A stretch of DNA of 61,376 bases, filler included, from Hausera hauseri (GCA_046269625.1; 10 parts of 10 records of this genome joined end to end with filler, not necessarily neighbours in it), one strand, 5' to 3'; positions 47,972 to 61,376 are shown, counted from the whole stretch's first letter. A program made the numbers and translations. Notes: a model not told the origin generated them from the letters alone.

Positions 47972-50900
47972 TCACGTCCTCCGTGACAAAGCAAAGACTA
48001 GCGAGGTAAGGAAGTAGAAAATGGGTAGAAACGGTGCATGCAGTCTAAGTGGTCTTTGTGTGGGTAAGACGTTGTACTCCTGCAGTGTTAATCTCCTTAC
48101 TGTAGGTACTAAATGTGACTGATTTGTGAATTTTCAATGTCTTTAAACCTGCTTGTTGATGTAATTGAGGTACAACAAAGTCGGGTTTGGTCGTGTTAGC
48201 TGTTGTGTCGTACAAGGACGGAGAAAGAGATGGTGGAAAAGATGTAGAAGAGGAAGTAAAAGTTGTTAGGGTAGTAGAATTAGAGCTTAGGGGTGGTTCT
48301 GGTAAAGAAGTAGAAATAGGGGTCGGCATGGAAAGGGGTGAAGGTCGTGGAGGAACTGAAGGAGGAAAAGGTAGAGGAGTCAAAAAGGAGGTAGAAGATT
48401 CAATTGGGGGAGGGTTTCATCTACAAAAAAGGCAGGCTTTACGTTGTTGATATGCACGGCTAGTTCCTTAACCTCTTTAGAAATAATGACATTGAGAGTG
48501 CAATTGAAGGAGTTTGTAGGGCCCCAAATACCGTGGCTGAAAACCACAAGGCATCTGGTTTCTCAGCCAGACAAACTTTGCCGAATATAAATCCTCCGGT
48601 AGGTACGTTTTATCGTTATTTATGATTCTGCAAAATGAATCATTACTGACTGAAACAAAGTGATTCTGTGCCGTTCGGATAGCTTCGTCTGTAGAGTATC
48701 TTCCAGGGCAGTTAACCAAATAGTTAACGTACAGAAATTCCAAATAAGGCTTCCGTAGGTGAACAACCAGTAGAAGTAGAAGGCGTGTTACGCCAACCCA
48801 GAATAACCAACGGAAGAAGAGTAGTTCAACTTCTATTGGATTCTGCAAGGATTCTCAGTGACGTTTTTGGTATTTTGTGGAATCTATCTAGAAGACCATT
48901 CGATTGGGGGTAATACGGCGATGTGTGTATATGGCAAGGGAAATGATATAGTGATGGTTTCAAATGTTTGGTGATTTTAAATTTCTGGAAATCCACACAC
49001 TCCTTAACCCACGCTTGCACATCAGAACGCATAGTCGGTCATATTACTTGCTGGAGGTTAAGCGAAAAGTTGCCTTAGCACCAGGATGGTGCAGTGAATG
49101 TACACTGTTAAACGCTTGCCGTTGTAAAGGTGGTGCTAGAATTATCATGGAATGACCTGGTTTGGAAGTGTCGAAAGCCACGCCGTCAACAATTGTGCAA
49201 GACTTAAAAGAATTACGCATATCTTGAGGTAGCTGGTTCTGTTGGAGTTGTACTTAAGAGAAGATTGGTAAAAAATTAATCAAACCAACGGTCCTAGATA
49301 GGAAATCGGCAACCAAATTATTAACCCCGTTAATGTTTAATGTCAAAGTGAAATGTCGACAGATATGATATCTGTCGTTCTTGGCGTGAGGAAGGATGTT
49401 TCATAGTCATGATGTTTAGCAAGGGTTTGTGAGCCGTCTGTATGGTAAAACGGCGAGCGACAAGTAGGTGGGGGAAATGCTTTAAAGCTAGAATTGTGGC
49501 CAATAATTCTCGATCGAACGTTGAATATCGAGTTTCAGGAGATGTTAGCTTACGAGAAAATTTCTAATGGTTGATTTTCTCCTTTGTGTATTTGGTGAAG
49601 CATAGCACCTATCGCAGTGGTTGAAGCGTCTGTAGTAAGGATGAGTTCCGCATCAGTCTTGGGGAAAGCGAGAATGTCGACGGTCTTAATTCCTCCGCGT
49701 AGCTTATCAAACTTATCAACCAGGTTAGGTGTCCGCTGAATTGGCAGATATTTTTTTCCGCCGCTTAAGTGAGCAAATAGTGCTGTAAGTTCAGAGCAGT
49801 ACGGCACATACTTGTGAACGAAGTGCCAAGTTCCCAAAAAGCTCCTCATTTCTGTTGTTGTTCGGGATAGTTGTATATGTTTGAGAGCTTCAACAGGTTC
49901 TAGCTGAGGAGAATGACCATTTGCCGAAATGATATGTCCGAGAAAGTTAATACACTTTTGGAAGAAGTGACATTTCGTAAAATTAATTTGTAAATTATGG
50001 TGGTTGAGTCGTTGGAAAATAGAACGAAAGTGTTCCCCATGCTGTTTGGTTGAAGACGAAGCAATCAAGATATCGTAGATATACGGATGCGCGGAAGTAA
50101 AATCCGAGAGGATGGAGTCGATATGACATTGGAAAGTTTGCGCAGCGTTGCGTAGACCAAAAGGCATATAAATGTATTCGTAATGGCCGAAATGTGTCGT
50201 AATGGCAGTTTTTTCGATGTCCTCGGGTGCTACAGAAATTTGGTGATATGCCTTGGCTAAGTCTATGGTTGAATATACTGTCGTGGAATTAAGCCTGTGC
50301 AGGATATCCTTAATTAATTGTAAAGGATATGCATCCATAACAGTCAAAGTGTTTAGTTGCCGGTAATCACCGCATGGTCGGAAGGATCCATCGTTTTTTG
50401 AACTACGTACAAAGGCGAAGACTACGGCGATTTAGATTTGCGTACAATGCCGGAACGTTCAAGGTCTAAAAATTACGCTTCGATAGCTTGCCTACGACCA
50501 GGTGACAATGAACGTACCTTTTGACGCATAGGTCTTTGGTGTTGCGTTATGATGTGATGAAAAGTGCTGTTTGTAGGTGTGAAGGTTCGGTCTTTTTGGA
50601 TTAAGCGGGGATATGAAGTGTGTATGTATTGCCGTAGACTTGCAGGCAATTGCGACAGATTGGGTGGTGGCGATGGTTTTGAGTCAATATGTGCAGTGAC
50701 GGGTGATGTTTGCGAGTTATTAAAATCAAGGGGAATTTGGTGTAGGATAGTAGTATTAAAAATAGTGTTTGAAGAGGTAATTTTATCTAGTGAATGTACC
50801 GAACCAACACAATCGTACTTGTCAAAAACAAATCTCGACCGAATATCGATATTATCATTAAAAATTTACGAAGTGAAAAATGCTTGTTGAAGAAGTTTGG

Positions 50901-52937
50901 ATTACTTACAGGATTTTTGAGTATAGTTATCTGTGTGAAGATCGTTTGCGTCTTAGTAGATATACTATTTATTCGCTCAGTAAGATATCCAGTAGTGTTA
51001 CGTTTCAGACACTGTTGTTTGCAATCAACTAAAACATTATAGTGCGATAAGAAATCCGAACCTAGGATTGCTGTGCGGACGTTAACGACGGTAAACGTCC
51101 AATGAAACGTGGACTGAAATTTTGGTAAGGTGAATGACAATTTAGATGTACCTAAAATGTTAAGCGGTTGTCCTGAAGCCGTAAATAACTATTTAGCTTT
51201 GACTGGTGAATTTTTTACAGGGAAAGTGAGTAATAGCAATGAAAGCGCAGCGCCTGTGTCGATAAGGAAGTCTATGGATCGAGTTGTTGGTGTGGTTATT
51301 GAAGCCTTTAGTGTGGAAACTGCAAAAGGAATGTGTCGGCAGGTAATATTAGAGAAGTTGCCTTTGCCAAACTCTGCCGTGAGTACTGGCGGCAAAATTA
51401 GTTTTTTTGGATTGGTGAGATCGGCCGACTATTACTAGGAGAAATAAAACGTCTGTCGGTAGAATGGTTAGCATTGTCCTTATAGTTGCAGCCTGAAAGG
51501 CATTTCTAAGCGTGGAATCCAAATTTCACATGGTAGATGCAAACAATCGTGTATGAATGTAAATTTGGAGTGTAATATCTATACCCTAAACAGCATTTAT
51601 TAGATTTATTATAAAATTTGCTATGAAAATAGCACACAAAAGTTCGTGTAGGCAAAAGTGACCTGTTTCTGGAAACAGAACGAGTATGATTATGAATATG
51701 AATACTTCAATGTTGTAATGAAAGATCGTTCAACCTATTATTAATGTTATTTATTGTCTGTTGTAGTGCTAAATTTTCAGCGCATAATTGGCTCAACTGT
51801 TGCTCTATTGTTGTGTTGAGTTGATTGTCTCTTGTTGTAACCGCTACTGACACAATTGGATGGGGATTCAATTGTATCACTTTATGCTTTATCGACCAAT
51901 TCCGCCAATTTATCCAACGCCGTAAATTCCTCGACACCGGTAAGAAGTGCCCTAATTTGTATAGGCAACGAGTTTAAGAAATATCGTCGCAGAGGGTCTG
52001 AATTATTCTGCCTAGCTACACCTAGCGTTTTTAGGTGAGCCAACAACGTACGCAGGAACTCAGAAGGCTTTTGTGTTCCCATGGCGTTATCATTAAATAA
52101 TTTATGGATTATGGAATCCATAGACGGTTCGGTAAGTTTTAATATTGCGTTATAGAAATGTGTGTACGGGTCGGATTGTTGAAAAATGTCTAAAATGTCG
52201 CGAAGAGAAGTCATTACTGTGTTTAGTAAGAGTCAAAGTAAACTATGAGCTTTTGTGGAGGGATCAGTAAAGTTGTTAGACTGCAGCCAAAGTTTGTGAA
52301 AGCTGAGTCAGGTTTTGCTGGATTTTTCGTGATCGATAAAATACTCCGTGCACTGAGAAGAAGTGTGTTTGGCTGGCGGAATGGAAGATGTATAGCTGGT
52401 GAAAGTAGATGGCGTGGTGACGGCCGACGATTTTTGGTTAAAAGCAAAATGTGATGTTTTAGAGGTAGTTTTGTCAGTGATATCAATGGTAGGTGAAGAT
52501 TCCATTCCGTCACGTATGCGCAAGTGTACATGGATAGCGAGGTGTGGTGTTGCAGGAGAAAAAATTGCGAACATTGGCATTGACGAGTGGTATATTATTA
52601 AGAGTTAAGTAAAAATTTGAAAAGGCAGTAAAATATTGTACGTATGTGTAAGTCCTGTGTGTCCATATGGAATGTTATCTTGTGCGTCAGTATTTGCCAG
52701 TTATTTATTAAAAAGGAAAATGAGAGGGGTGTCACAGGTCCGAATGAGTGGTATCCTGGTGAAACAAACTATGGTGTTAGATCCACTGGCATTGGGCGTA
52801 CAGGTGAGTAGTCTGCCACGCTGTGATGTGTGCGGAACTCAAGACTATTGCTGCACGTAAATAAATAAAAGTCTGAAGAATCGGCATAAACGAGCTGTAA
52901 ATTACCACCTCAACTTAGAGCGAAGTGTAAACGGGGT
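47833..52937 (-). mobile_element. near-complete decayed Gypsy element, CsRN1-like lineage
   Basis: gag (QKPSEFLR, FLNSLP..IRALL, LDKLAELVD, CHCC-type knuckles), protease FLIDTGAALS / ILGSDFL, RT RPCGDYRQLN / IDLAKAYHQI / MPFGLRNAAQTFQ, RNase H TTDAS / YSTFDRELLA, integrase with core deletion, PPT and 3' LTR; 5' LTR not found. Confidence 0.9.
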
Positions 52938-53073
52938 GATGTTATGATGTTTAGGGTGTCGACGGCGGACATTTTGAAAGTAAAAACATAAGAAAAAAGG
53001 AAAATGGAATGGTTAATAAAAAATAAATAAAAAAATGATTGCCTGACAAATAGAATGCAACGACAAATCCCAC

Positions 53074-54060
53074 CTCATCGTACATAGGATTCTCCACATT
53101 TGGTAGTATAGTTCTGCACTGTGGGCATATCAAGTCGACTTTCTCACGTCGTGTCGTCCTACGAGTCACTTACGTACTCAAGGGCTCTTTGAACAAACCC
53201 ACCAGTTTGTTATATGTTATCTGGTTTCCAACGAATCCTGTCTGTTTAGTGCCTTTTGACAGATGTATGTAATCGGTCTTTTTGTTATTAAGCCATTGAA
53301 CACGCGCCAATCCCTTAACTGCTTCCCGTGTGACAATACCAACACTATTTGGGCTATCTTAATCGCCATATTTTCAATCTCTACCTCGCAGTATCAGTGC
53401 ACCTTTTTTCAGTTGATATGCAGAAGTAAATTCATCAACGCTTCAATCATCTGCGGAATAACAACGAGTTGAAATTGAGTCTAACTCTACAGAATTAGAC
53501 AAAACCAAACGATAATTTTTCTTTTCGTACCAAAGCGAAATGAAGCCGAATTCCGATTCGTTGTACTGTTTCATTATTGTTTGAATCAATCCGAGTACTC
53601 TATTGGAAACGATGTAGTTACATAATTTTTTCGATCACATAGCACTTTGTAACAACACGTGTAACATAGCAAAATTCATTCCGGCATTGTACAAATGACC
53701 AATTCCCACGGAATTTAAATTCTCCACAATACCTCTCATGTAATGAATGCTTTCAAAAATCTCTTCATTATTAAGTAAATTTGTTCGTAGAATCTGAATT
53801 ACGTATTGAATTAAAGCCTTTTCCGTTTGCAATAAACAATGCTTTGCGTGTTGGCTGACGAAATTTGGCATGGAATTACAGAGTCGACTGAGAACACTAG
53901 ACCGAGAGACCTTGCTAAATTTCACTGAAATTTGATGTTGTAAACTATGGGAAACTTTGGATCCGCTATTACCACCTGTTTCTCTATTATAAAACGATAT
54001 TTTCCCCCAATGACTAGACGACATTCCATTATTTTCACTTTCCGCATATGACCCCCACGT
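53074..54060 (-). pseudogene. remnant of a gene with a MIB-HERC2-like domain and a C-terminal RING-like half motif
   Basis: one frame with stops: LKKGALILRGRD*KYGD*D...GIVTREAVKGLACVQW (53412-53293) and ICPQCRT (~53130). Confidence 0.6.
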
Positions 54061-54064
54061 TTTA

Positions 54065-55943
54065 CAACTTGTTCGATATTTAGATAAATGGCTGGTAAGT
54101 TGTCCGATAATGGAGTTTTAAAATAATCTTCCAGGATTTGTTTCTTCGATTCGTATAATTCATTCCAGACCTCCATGGTTAATAGTCGTATTTTCTCCTT
54201 CCTAGGATCACTTTCCTAATTATTTGACGGAGGATTGGATGCATACCAAGTTGAACTACCACTAAAGTTGATTCCAGAAATATTTTGCATTAAAAGTTGC
54301 ATTGGACACAAAAAATTCGATGTATTGTACAAGTGTGATCTATAATTATTTGAATCAATTTTTGATAAACTCTGTAAAGTATTTACGAAACGGTATTTCT
54401 GAGGAATATGAAAAGAACTTTTATACAGTAAATAAAGTATACATCTATGTAAAGATCTATATAACGGATCTAAACATCTGACGTTTCTTTCCTGGAGCAA
54501 TGACTCGAATTATAAACGATAAAATAGTATTCGGATCATAAGTATACCCGTCCTGCCAAAGTTTATCAACAACACGACTGATGAAATAAAAAATATTGTT
54601 AGAAACGTAGGAATAACTTCTACCGGGTGGTAGTGGTAAATTTTGTCCACTGAGTATTTCAACGGCCAGAAAATGTTCTGCTAAACTGTTTATGAAAATT
54701 GTTTGAAATTCTTTCGGATGTTCAGTAGGAGATATTTCAATTTCCGTTTCAAAGATGACGTCCGCAATATGTTGACCAGAGTTCCTAGGAGGTAATGCAA
54801 AGTAATCAACGACAATCTTCTTAAAAAATCCATAGTCAGTTGTCTGGCAGGAAAAGCATTAATCAAATCGATAGTTATTGTACAATTCTTATAGCTTTCA
54901 TTGTTATTTGTTTCTAATCGTTTCCCAATCTGGTCAATGTTTGATAAATCGGAACTCACGTTCCCTTTCTGAAGATTGGCGTCACATTCAGGAAACATAT
55001 TCGTAAGAAGACCAACAAGAAAATCAGTTTGTGTTGAAATAAATTGGGATTCTGTGTTGGAGTGATAAAGATAGACAAAAAACCGTAACAAAGTAATTGG
55101 GTAATCACGAGTCCACAGGCTAATATCGCCGGCAATTGTGGAACCATTTTGATCCAACATTATTTTCATCATGCTCAGTAAAATTGTTGCCGCTTCGGGA
55201 CACATTTCAACAGGTTTCTTCACCATGTTACTTTTCTTAACACTCCCACTTTGTGAATCAATGCGATTGAGTAAACCACCGATAGGTCCTGACGACAATA
55301 ACGAATTACTATTCGGTTTGTTTGGTACATTGGACTTATCCGTCGAATTTCCGAATATATAATTGCAAACAGATTCAAATTCAAACTTTAGATTTTCTGG
55401 AATACTTTTAATTCTATTTCCCAGAAGAAGCACTATCAGCATAAAATATAAATCAGGAATTTGACAGTGATTCAATAGAAAAGGTAGCAGAATTACGAAT
55501 CCTGGTTGACGACAAGATTCGAGGTTGATTTCGCGCAATGAGGCAACTTCATCACGACCGTTTTCCATCAGACGAAGACCATGCCGTTTTTTCAAAACAA
55601 CTTCTGTTCCAGTTAACCAAACTGAACAAGGAATTCCATCTCTGAATTTAGCCATATAATTCGGAATGGTCGCCAAGGTCATCAGAACTCACATTGACAG
55701 CACAACTGTTTTTGGATGGATATCGGATTGCATAAATAACAAAATCCAGTCAAAACCAAGGTACTTGATCAGTTCTTCCGCAAATCTTACGGGAAAATCG
55801 TAATCATTGGACTAAGACGATTAAAACTAACTTTGGTTCAGACATGTCTGGTGTGGTTACACCGTCCAAGATTTTGAGAATTATTCGAAAACAAATATTT
55901 CGCATTTCAATTCGATAGATGATATTTCGCTGGTTTATGTTTT
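54065..55943 (-). pseudogene. WDFY3: intronless internal fragment of WDFY3/Alfy (BEACH family)
   Basis: EELIKYLGFDWILLFM, LREINLESCRQPGF, IPDLYFMLI, CPEAATILLSM, RDYPITLLRFFVYLYH, NIFYFISRVVDKLWQ, VWNELYESKKQILED; stops and frameshifts. Confidence 0.82.
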
Positions 55944-56043
55944 NNNNNNNNNNNNNNNNNNNNNNNNNNNNNNNNNNNNNNNNNNNNTTAATTAATTAAN
56001 NNNNNNNNNNNNNNNNNNNNNNNNNNNNNNNNNNNNNNNNNNN
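55944..56043. other. artificial contig spacer
   Basis: N44-TTAATTAATTAA-N44. Confidence 0.97.
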
Positions 56044-56158
56044 TCAAAATCAATTATTGATTTCTAAATTTCCCCATATAAATTTCCCATACAATATTGA
56101 TTATCGATCCTGGGGGGGGGGGCTTGACGCAGTGCGCTCACATCCCCCTACTAAAGAC

Positions 56159-57942
56159 ATGTCGCCAAAGACGAAGTGTTGCCGTCAGTATTCCTTGGAC
56201 TATCTCATATGGATTTATTGAAGTACCTAATGACAAGCAAGTTCTATTGTGCCTTATTTGTAAACAAACATTTTCAAATGAGGTTATGAAACCACCATGA
56301 CTTAAAGCACATTTAAATGCTATGAATTCACACAGAAAGGATAAACCACTGGAATATTTTAAAAATCTGCATGAGCAATTCAAAAAGCGGCAAACAAATA
56401 CAACAAAGTTTCAAAAGAGTCACGGAAAAGTAGTAGACGGACTGGTTGCATCCTACTATATTTCTGAAATCATAGCAAGTTGTGGTAAACCTCATAATAT
56501 TACTGAAGCACTCATCTTACCAGCAGTTCAAGAAGTTATTAGAACTGTGATGCACGAGGATCCGACTGAGGTGCTCAAAGTGTTACCACTAAGTAACACG
56601 TCCGTTCAGAAACGTATTGATGAAATGGCACTAGATGTGGAAGAATAACTGGTTACAATCTTGCGTGTCACTAAATTTTCATTGCAAATGGATGAATCTA
56701 CGTTACCTGGGAATGAAGCTTTTTTAATGGCGTATGTCAGATATTTTGATGAAGACCACATACTTCCAGAGGAAATGTTGTTTGCAGAAAAATTGCTGAC
56801 TAATATTAAGGCAGAATAAATCTTTGCAACTTTAAAAACTTTTCTTTGACATGAAGCATATTCCTTTTGGCAACATCGTTGCCTGTGCAACTGATGGCGC
56901 ACCGGCAATCGGTGGTCGCTATCGGGGATTCCTAAAGCATTTGAAAACCACTGTTCCTGGAATATTCACCATACATTGTGTTGCACAAAAATAAAACCTT
57001 GTAGCTAAGCAGTTAAATGAGGATCCACAAACTTCATTGAAAACTGTGATCCATGATGTAAACAAAATCAAAGGCAATTCTCTGAATAATCGCCTGATTC
57101 GTCAACTGTGCGAAAACAATGATGAACAACATAATCGATTTTTTCTTCATACTGCAGTTCAATGGTTGTCACAAGGCAACAGCTTGGCAAGATTTACAGA
57201 ATTGTTCGACAGCATCCTACAATTCTTTGAATCTGATGGTGACACCACCTTTTGTAAAGAATTGAATGCTATAAAGAAAGATGCGCTCTATCTCACAGGA
57301 GTACTCCAAAAGTTCAATGATATCAGTCTGAAACTTCAAGGACGGGTTGTGACATTAATCGATTCCAAGAAAATCATTGTCACATTCATTCAGAAGTTGG
57401 TACTGTACCAACAGAATATCCTTCGGCGAGAGTTTTACAAATTTCCCATGCTGGACTCAATGAGTGAAGAAGTCAATGCTGAGGACATTGAGAAATTTGG
57501 CAAGCATTTGAAATCCTTGGAAATCGACATGTCAGCACGCTTTTACGATTTGATCGAGCTGCAAGTATCTGAATGGATGGTTGACCCATTAAAGGCAAAT
57601 GTTCTGGATGTCGAAATGCAGTTTCAAGAAGAATTGTTGAAATTGCAAAATGATAAGGTTGCACATGCCATTCAGAGCAAAGGTGGCTATAACCAAATTC
57701 GGCAGCGCAAAGAAGTGTGAACTCTGTACCCAAACTTATGGCAGAAAATGAGATTGCTCCTATTGGCGTTTCCGACGTTTTACCTCGCCGAGTGTGGATT
57801 GAGGGCAGTAACTAAGCTCCTCACCAATCAAAGAAACAATCTGGATATTGCTAAGAGGGGTTATTTAAGACTGTTTTTCACTCACCTGAAACCAGACATT
57901 AAGTCTTTGGCATCCAAACACTAAGCGCAGGGATCGCATTGA
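56159..57942 (+). mobile_element. Buster/Charlie-type hAT transposase pseudogene (ZBED5/SCAND3-like)
   Basis: RQYSLDYL, CLIC..FSNEVMKP, GKPHNITEALILPA, LPLSNTSVQKRIDEMA, FSLQMDEST, ATDGAPA, IHC, QWLSQG, AFPTFYLAECG, terminal QGSH*. Confidence 0.92.
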
Positions 57943-58006
57943 CTCTGAAATCTGTAATACTGTTGTATCATATTGTATTCTATCTTGTCAGTAAACATTG
58001 TACTTG

Positions 58007-59335
58007 TAATAACAATAGCAAAAAGTAATGAAATTTTTAATTACTCATATAACGACGCATAATTGTACTTTGAAATTTATGTCACAGATTGCTTGACTAT
58101 TGGTTGACATTCGTTTAAAAAATAATGAGAAATCAACGCAGTGTTTATTAGCGTGGTTCATTTTGTTAAGAGTCATTTCTTTCATTATCCGTGAAAATGT
58201 GTATTAATAAATTATCAATTCGTTTTTATGTTTGGGTTGAGCATTCGAATGGAACAAAACCAGATGATATTTACGGAAAGTTGAAAACAGTATTACAAGA
58301 TGATATGCCAACTATGTTCACTATTTACCGGTGGGTTCAACGTTATTCAGATATCAGCAACTTTTTATTTGATGATGTCAAAAGAAGTGGCCGTCCCCTG
58401 TAATTGATGAGGAAAATGTTAATAAAGTGAAGGCTTTGGTAAATGAAATTCCACATTTAACCATCACAAAGTTATGCGATTTGATAAGCATGAGTTATGT
58501 AACAGCAAAAACATTTTGCATAATAATCTGGGATTACAAAGGTATCAAGTGTTTGGGTTCGCCACACATTGTCACAGCAGAACAAACAGCAATGTATTGA
58601 ATGTTGTTACGAAATCTTGAATTCAATCAATTCTATGAGTGATGAAGAAGCTCTAAGACGCCTTATTACTGAAGATGAAACATGGATAATGTATTCTCCT
58701 GGTGCAGATCAACAAGACATTAAAATTTGGTACAAGCTTGGAACAAGCAGGCCTCAGATCCAAAAAAATCATTAAAACTTTTAAGAAAACTTTGACAATG
58801 ATTTGTTTTTCGGGTAACAGAAAAGTTTGCATGGAAGGTACAGCTTTAGATGAGACAATTAATTCAAATTGTTATACAGAGTTTTTCGAAAACACTTTTA
58901 CCAAATTTGGTAAAGAAAGCACACAAAAGCGACTAGAAATGACTGATCTTATTCGCCAACATGATAACACAAAGCTCACATATCCTCTGCCACTTCAATA
59001 TTTCTCAACAAAAACACATTAGACTACTGAAACAAGCACATTACTCGCCGGATCTCAGTCAATATGATCAGTGGGTAAATAATTTGATCAAAACTAAAGT
59101 AAAAGGCAAGTGTTTTCTGAACCATGAAGATGCTGTTGATGCCGCCCGGCAGGCGCTATTATATGAACCTGTAGAAACGTTTCAAATGGAACTGTCCAAT
59201 TTGAAAGAATGTTATCTTCACGTGATCGAATGTGAGGGAGAATACATTACTAAGTAAAATTAAAATTTCTTGTTTTTATTATTGCTTTATATAATTAATA
59301 AAAACTTCGCATTACTTTTTTGTTATGTCTTCTTA
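58007..59335 (+). mobile_element. full-length-size decayed mariner element (DD34D) with degenerate TIRs
   Basis: HTH TIYRWVQR, RSGRP, WVRHTL, ITEDETWI, QHDN, HYSPDLSQYD, CEGEY; TIRs AAAAAGTAATG (~58020) and CATTACTTTTTT (~59310); ~1.33 kb. Confidence 0.88.
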
Positions 59336-61376
59336 TTTTGGTATGTTAAACCCCCTGATGGGTATATCCACCATTCCAGATTATTATGAATTACTGCTAT
59401 CCAATACGGCAAAGTAATCAATTAATTAAATAATTGTAAATGATAATAAGTAGTAGAAACCAAATAAATTATTGTATCACTATTCTCCAGAACATCATCC
59501 CACAGGTGCGAGATCCTGGTGACATTGTTTGTGCATATTAGTATTGAGAGTTAAGGATAAAATACAAATCGAAACTAGACAATGCAACCAACATCAAAAG
59601 ACTCACACAAGGATTATAATCATATTCTGGTGGACCATCCCGTACGCGGCAATTTCAAATGACAAAATTTACGATTTCCAAAATTACCCTATTCGGATTA
59701 TAACAAAATTCAGATAATATATTTCCCTTTTCAGAAATCTGTTTCTCTCCAAGTACGAGAGCCCAAATTAAATGAATTAATATTACCGATGACTAATTAG
59801 TCATCATAGAAGTTGGGAAACCCAAATTCATATAAAAAACCTACATGAACCTTCGAGCTACACGATTGGTGACATTTTGAAATTCCCAACGGTATCTACT
59901 TTAAAGTCCACGCCTCTTCAAAAATCTTCGCACTCAGTCAAAATTTTTCTTAGTCACCAACAGCTTGACATGAACCGAATCGAATTAAAAAATTAATGTG
60001 TTGTGTTCATGCTCGGCCCGGACGCCAATCTCAAAAATTCCATGAATGTCAGTGGCAGTCCCCATGAACAACGAACTGCCAATCAGTGGTACACCCAATT
60101 GCGTAACTTCGAAAACCGAATAAGAAATTTTTAACGAGATGCCGAAATTAAAAAATTAAAATGCTTCGTATCTACACGTAGTTCGGGCCATTTAATATAA
60201 AAAATAATTGACGAAATTTCAAAAACCAAAAAGGCGCACACAAAGTCCAGCAAATCGAATTTAAAAATTCAGAGCATCAGTATCCTCGGAGACATAAGAA
60301 GTATATAAACTTCCCACTACGCAAGTAACCGACCATAATTCATACCACGAAAATTTTGATCACTAAGTTTTACTATTGAATTACCAGACCTTGAAGGTAG
60401 AAACAATCGACTATAATTCAAGGTAAGAATTTCATTGATTGCTAGAATTTCCTGTCGTTGTTTGAATATCAGATTAACGTGAAAAGAGAAATTCATATCG
60501 ATATTCAATAATAACTCAAAGAAGGATAAATTGTTTAATTAGTTCGACTGGATCAAAATCTTTGAATACAGTGCACCTACGGATAAATGGATCGTCAGAA
60601 CGTTTGACAAAATGGTGGAACCGATGTACGTACAATGGTTGGAATTTCTAAGGGTTCAGTTGGTAAGACCTGTTGCTGGATTAAGTGAACCAATTAAATT
60701 ATTATTATGACTTGTCATCTATAACATAATTAAATGATAGCCGTCTTTAACGAATGTAAAACATTTGTTTCCGTAATAAATATTTGGAATCCGTAATTAC
60801 ACATGATAGAGTTTTGGCAGATGATTTGTTTTAGGGTAAATGTTTTAAAGCTTGTAGACGATGATTTAGATTTGTGAGCTGCAATGCTAATAAACTGTTT
60901 GCCGAACGTGTTTAGTAGTTGGAGTCAAAAGTTTGGTGGTTTAACATATACATTGTTGGTTGACGGACGACATAACTCTGGTGTAGACAACTTATGGTTG
61001 CCAGGCCACCATTGAACGCGCTTACCAAATATGTGTTACGGAAGAGAAACAATGGTAAATTAATATAGATGCTTTAAGTCGTATATAGAAAATTCTATTA
61101 AGATTAAGAAGGTTTTGATGCATTTTAAGCAGCCTTTAAAATGTGGTACTTCTGGCAAGTCTCGGTGGATATCGTGAATTCTATTAGGCGACCAATAAAG
61201 TAATATACATCCTTGTTTTAATATGACTTTTATGTTAATTGCGTCAAATGAATGTGATACATGTATGCATTTATGAAATTTTGCTTAAGTTTAATATGGA
61301 TTAATTCTAATTATAAACATCTACGATGCTGTCATTTTTCATGTCAAATATTTTCAACAATAATTGTTATAAGTTT

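Noticed and set aside
4649-56000. Regularly recurring TTAATTAATTAA palindrome as a biological repeat
   Set aside because: Always centred in exactly 44+44 N; an assembly linker
4705-59257. Alternative genetic code or stop-codon recoding to explain the many in-frame stops
   Set aside because: All three stops occur, at positions of different ancestral residues, alongside frameshifts and missense hits to catalytic motifs; the intact SBNO ORF needs no recoding
59340-61376. Possible decayed gene or endogenous viral polymerase fragment
   Set aside because: Looks like eroded coding sequence but I found no diagnostic motif

Overview
Eukaryotic (animal-like, AT-rich) DNA, not one continuous locus. 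Nine identical 100-bp artificial spacers (44 N + TTAATTAATTAA + 44 N) join ten separate contigs of about 4-10 kb, so adjacency across spacers has no biological meaning. Most of the content is decayed mobile DNA: several Ty3/Gypsy LTR retrotransposons (one with a signal-peptide/furin-site env-like frame in phase with integrase; three copies of a CsRN1-like lineage with short LTRs), a Polinton/Maverick-type protein-primed PolB remnant with small TATA-driven ORFs, hAT and Tc1/mariner remnants, a MITE, and two multi-kb simple-sequence arrays, (TC/TCTG)n and (GAAC)n. There are also intronless, broken copies of host genes (KIF6, HELZ-like, WDFY3, a MIB-HERC2/RING-type gene). The only long intact gene is an intronless Strawberry-notch SF2 helicase (23375-26968, minus) that ends in a PHRF1/SCAF11-type RNA-Pol-II-CTD-binding-like domain, a fusion I do not recognise from canonical SBNO proteins. 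All homology calls are from motif recognition by eye; no searches were run.
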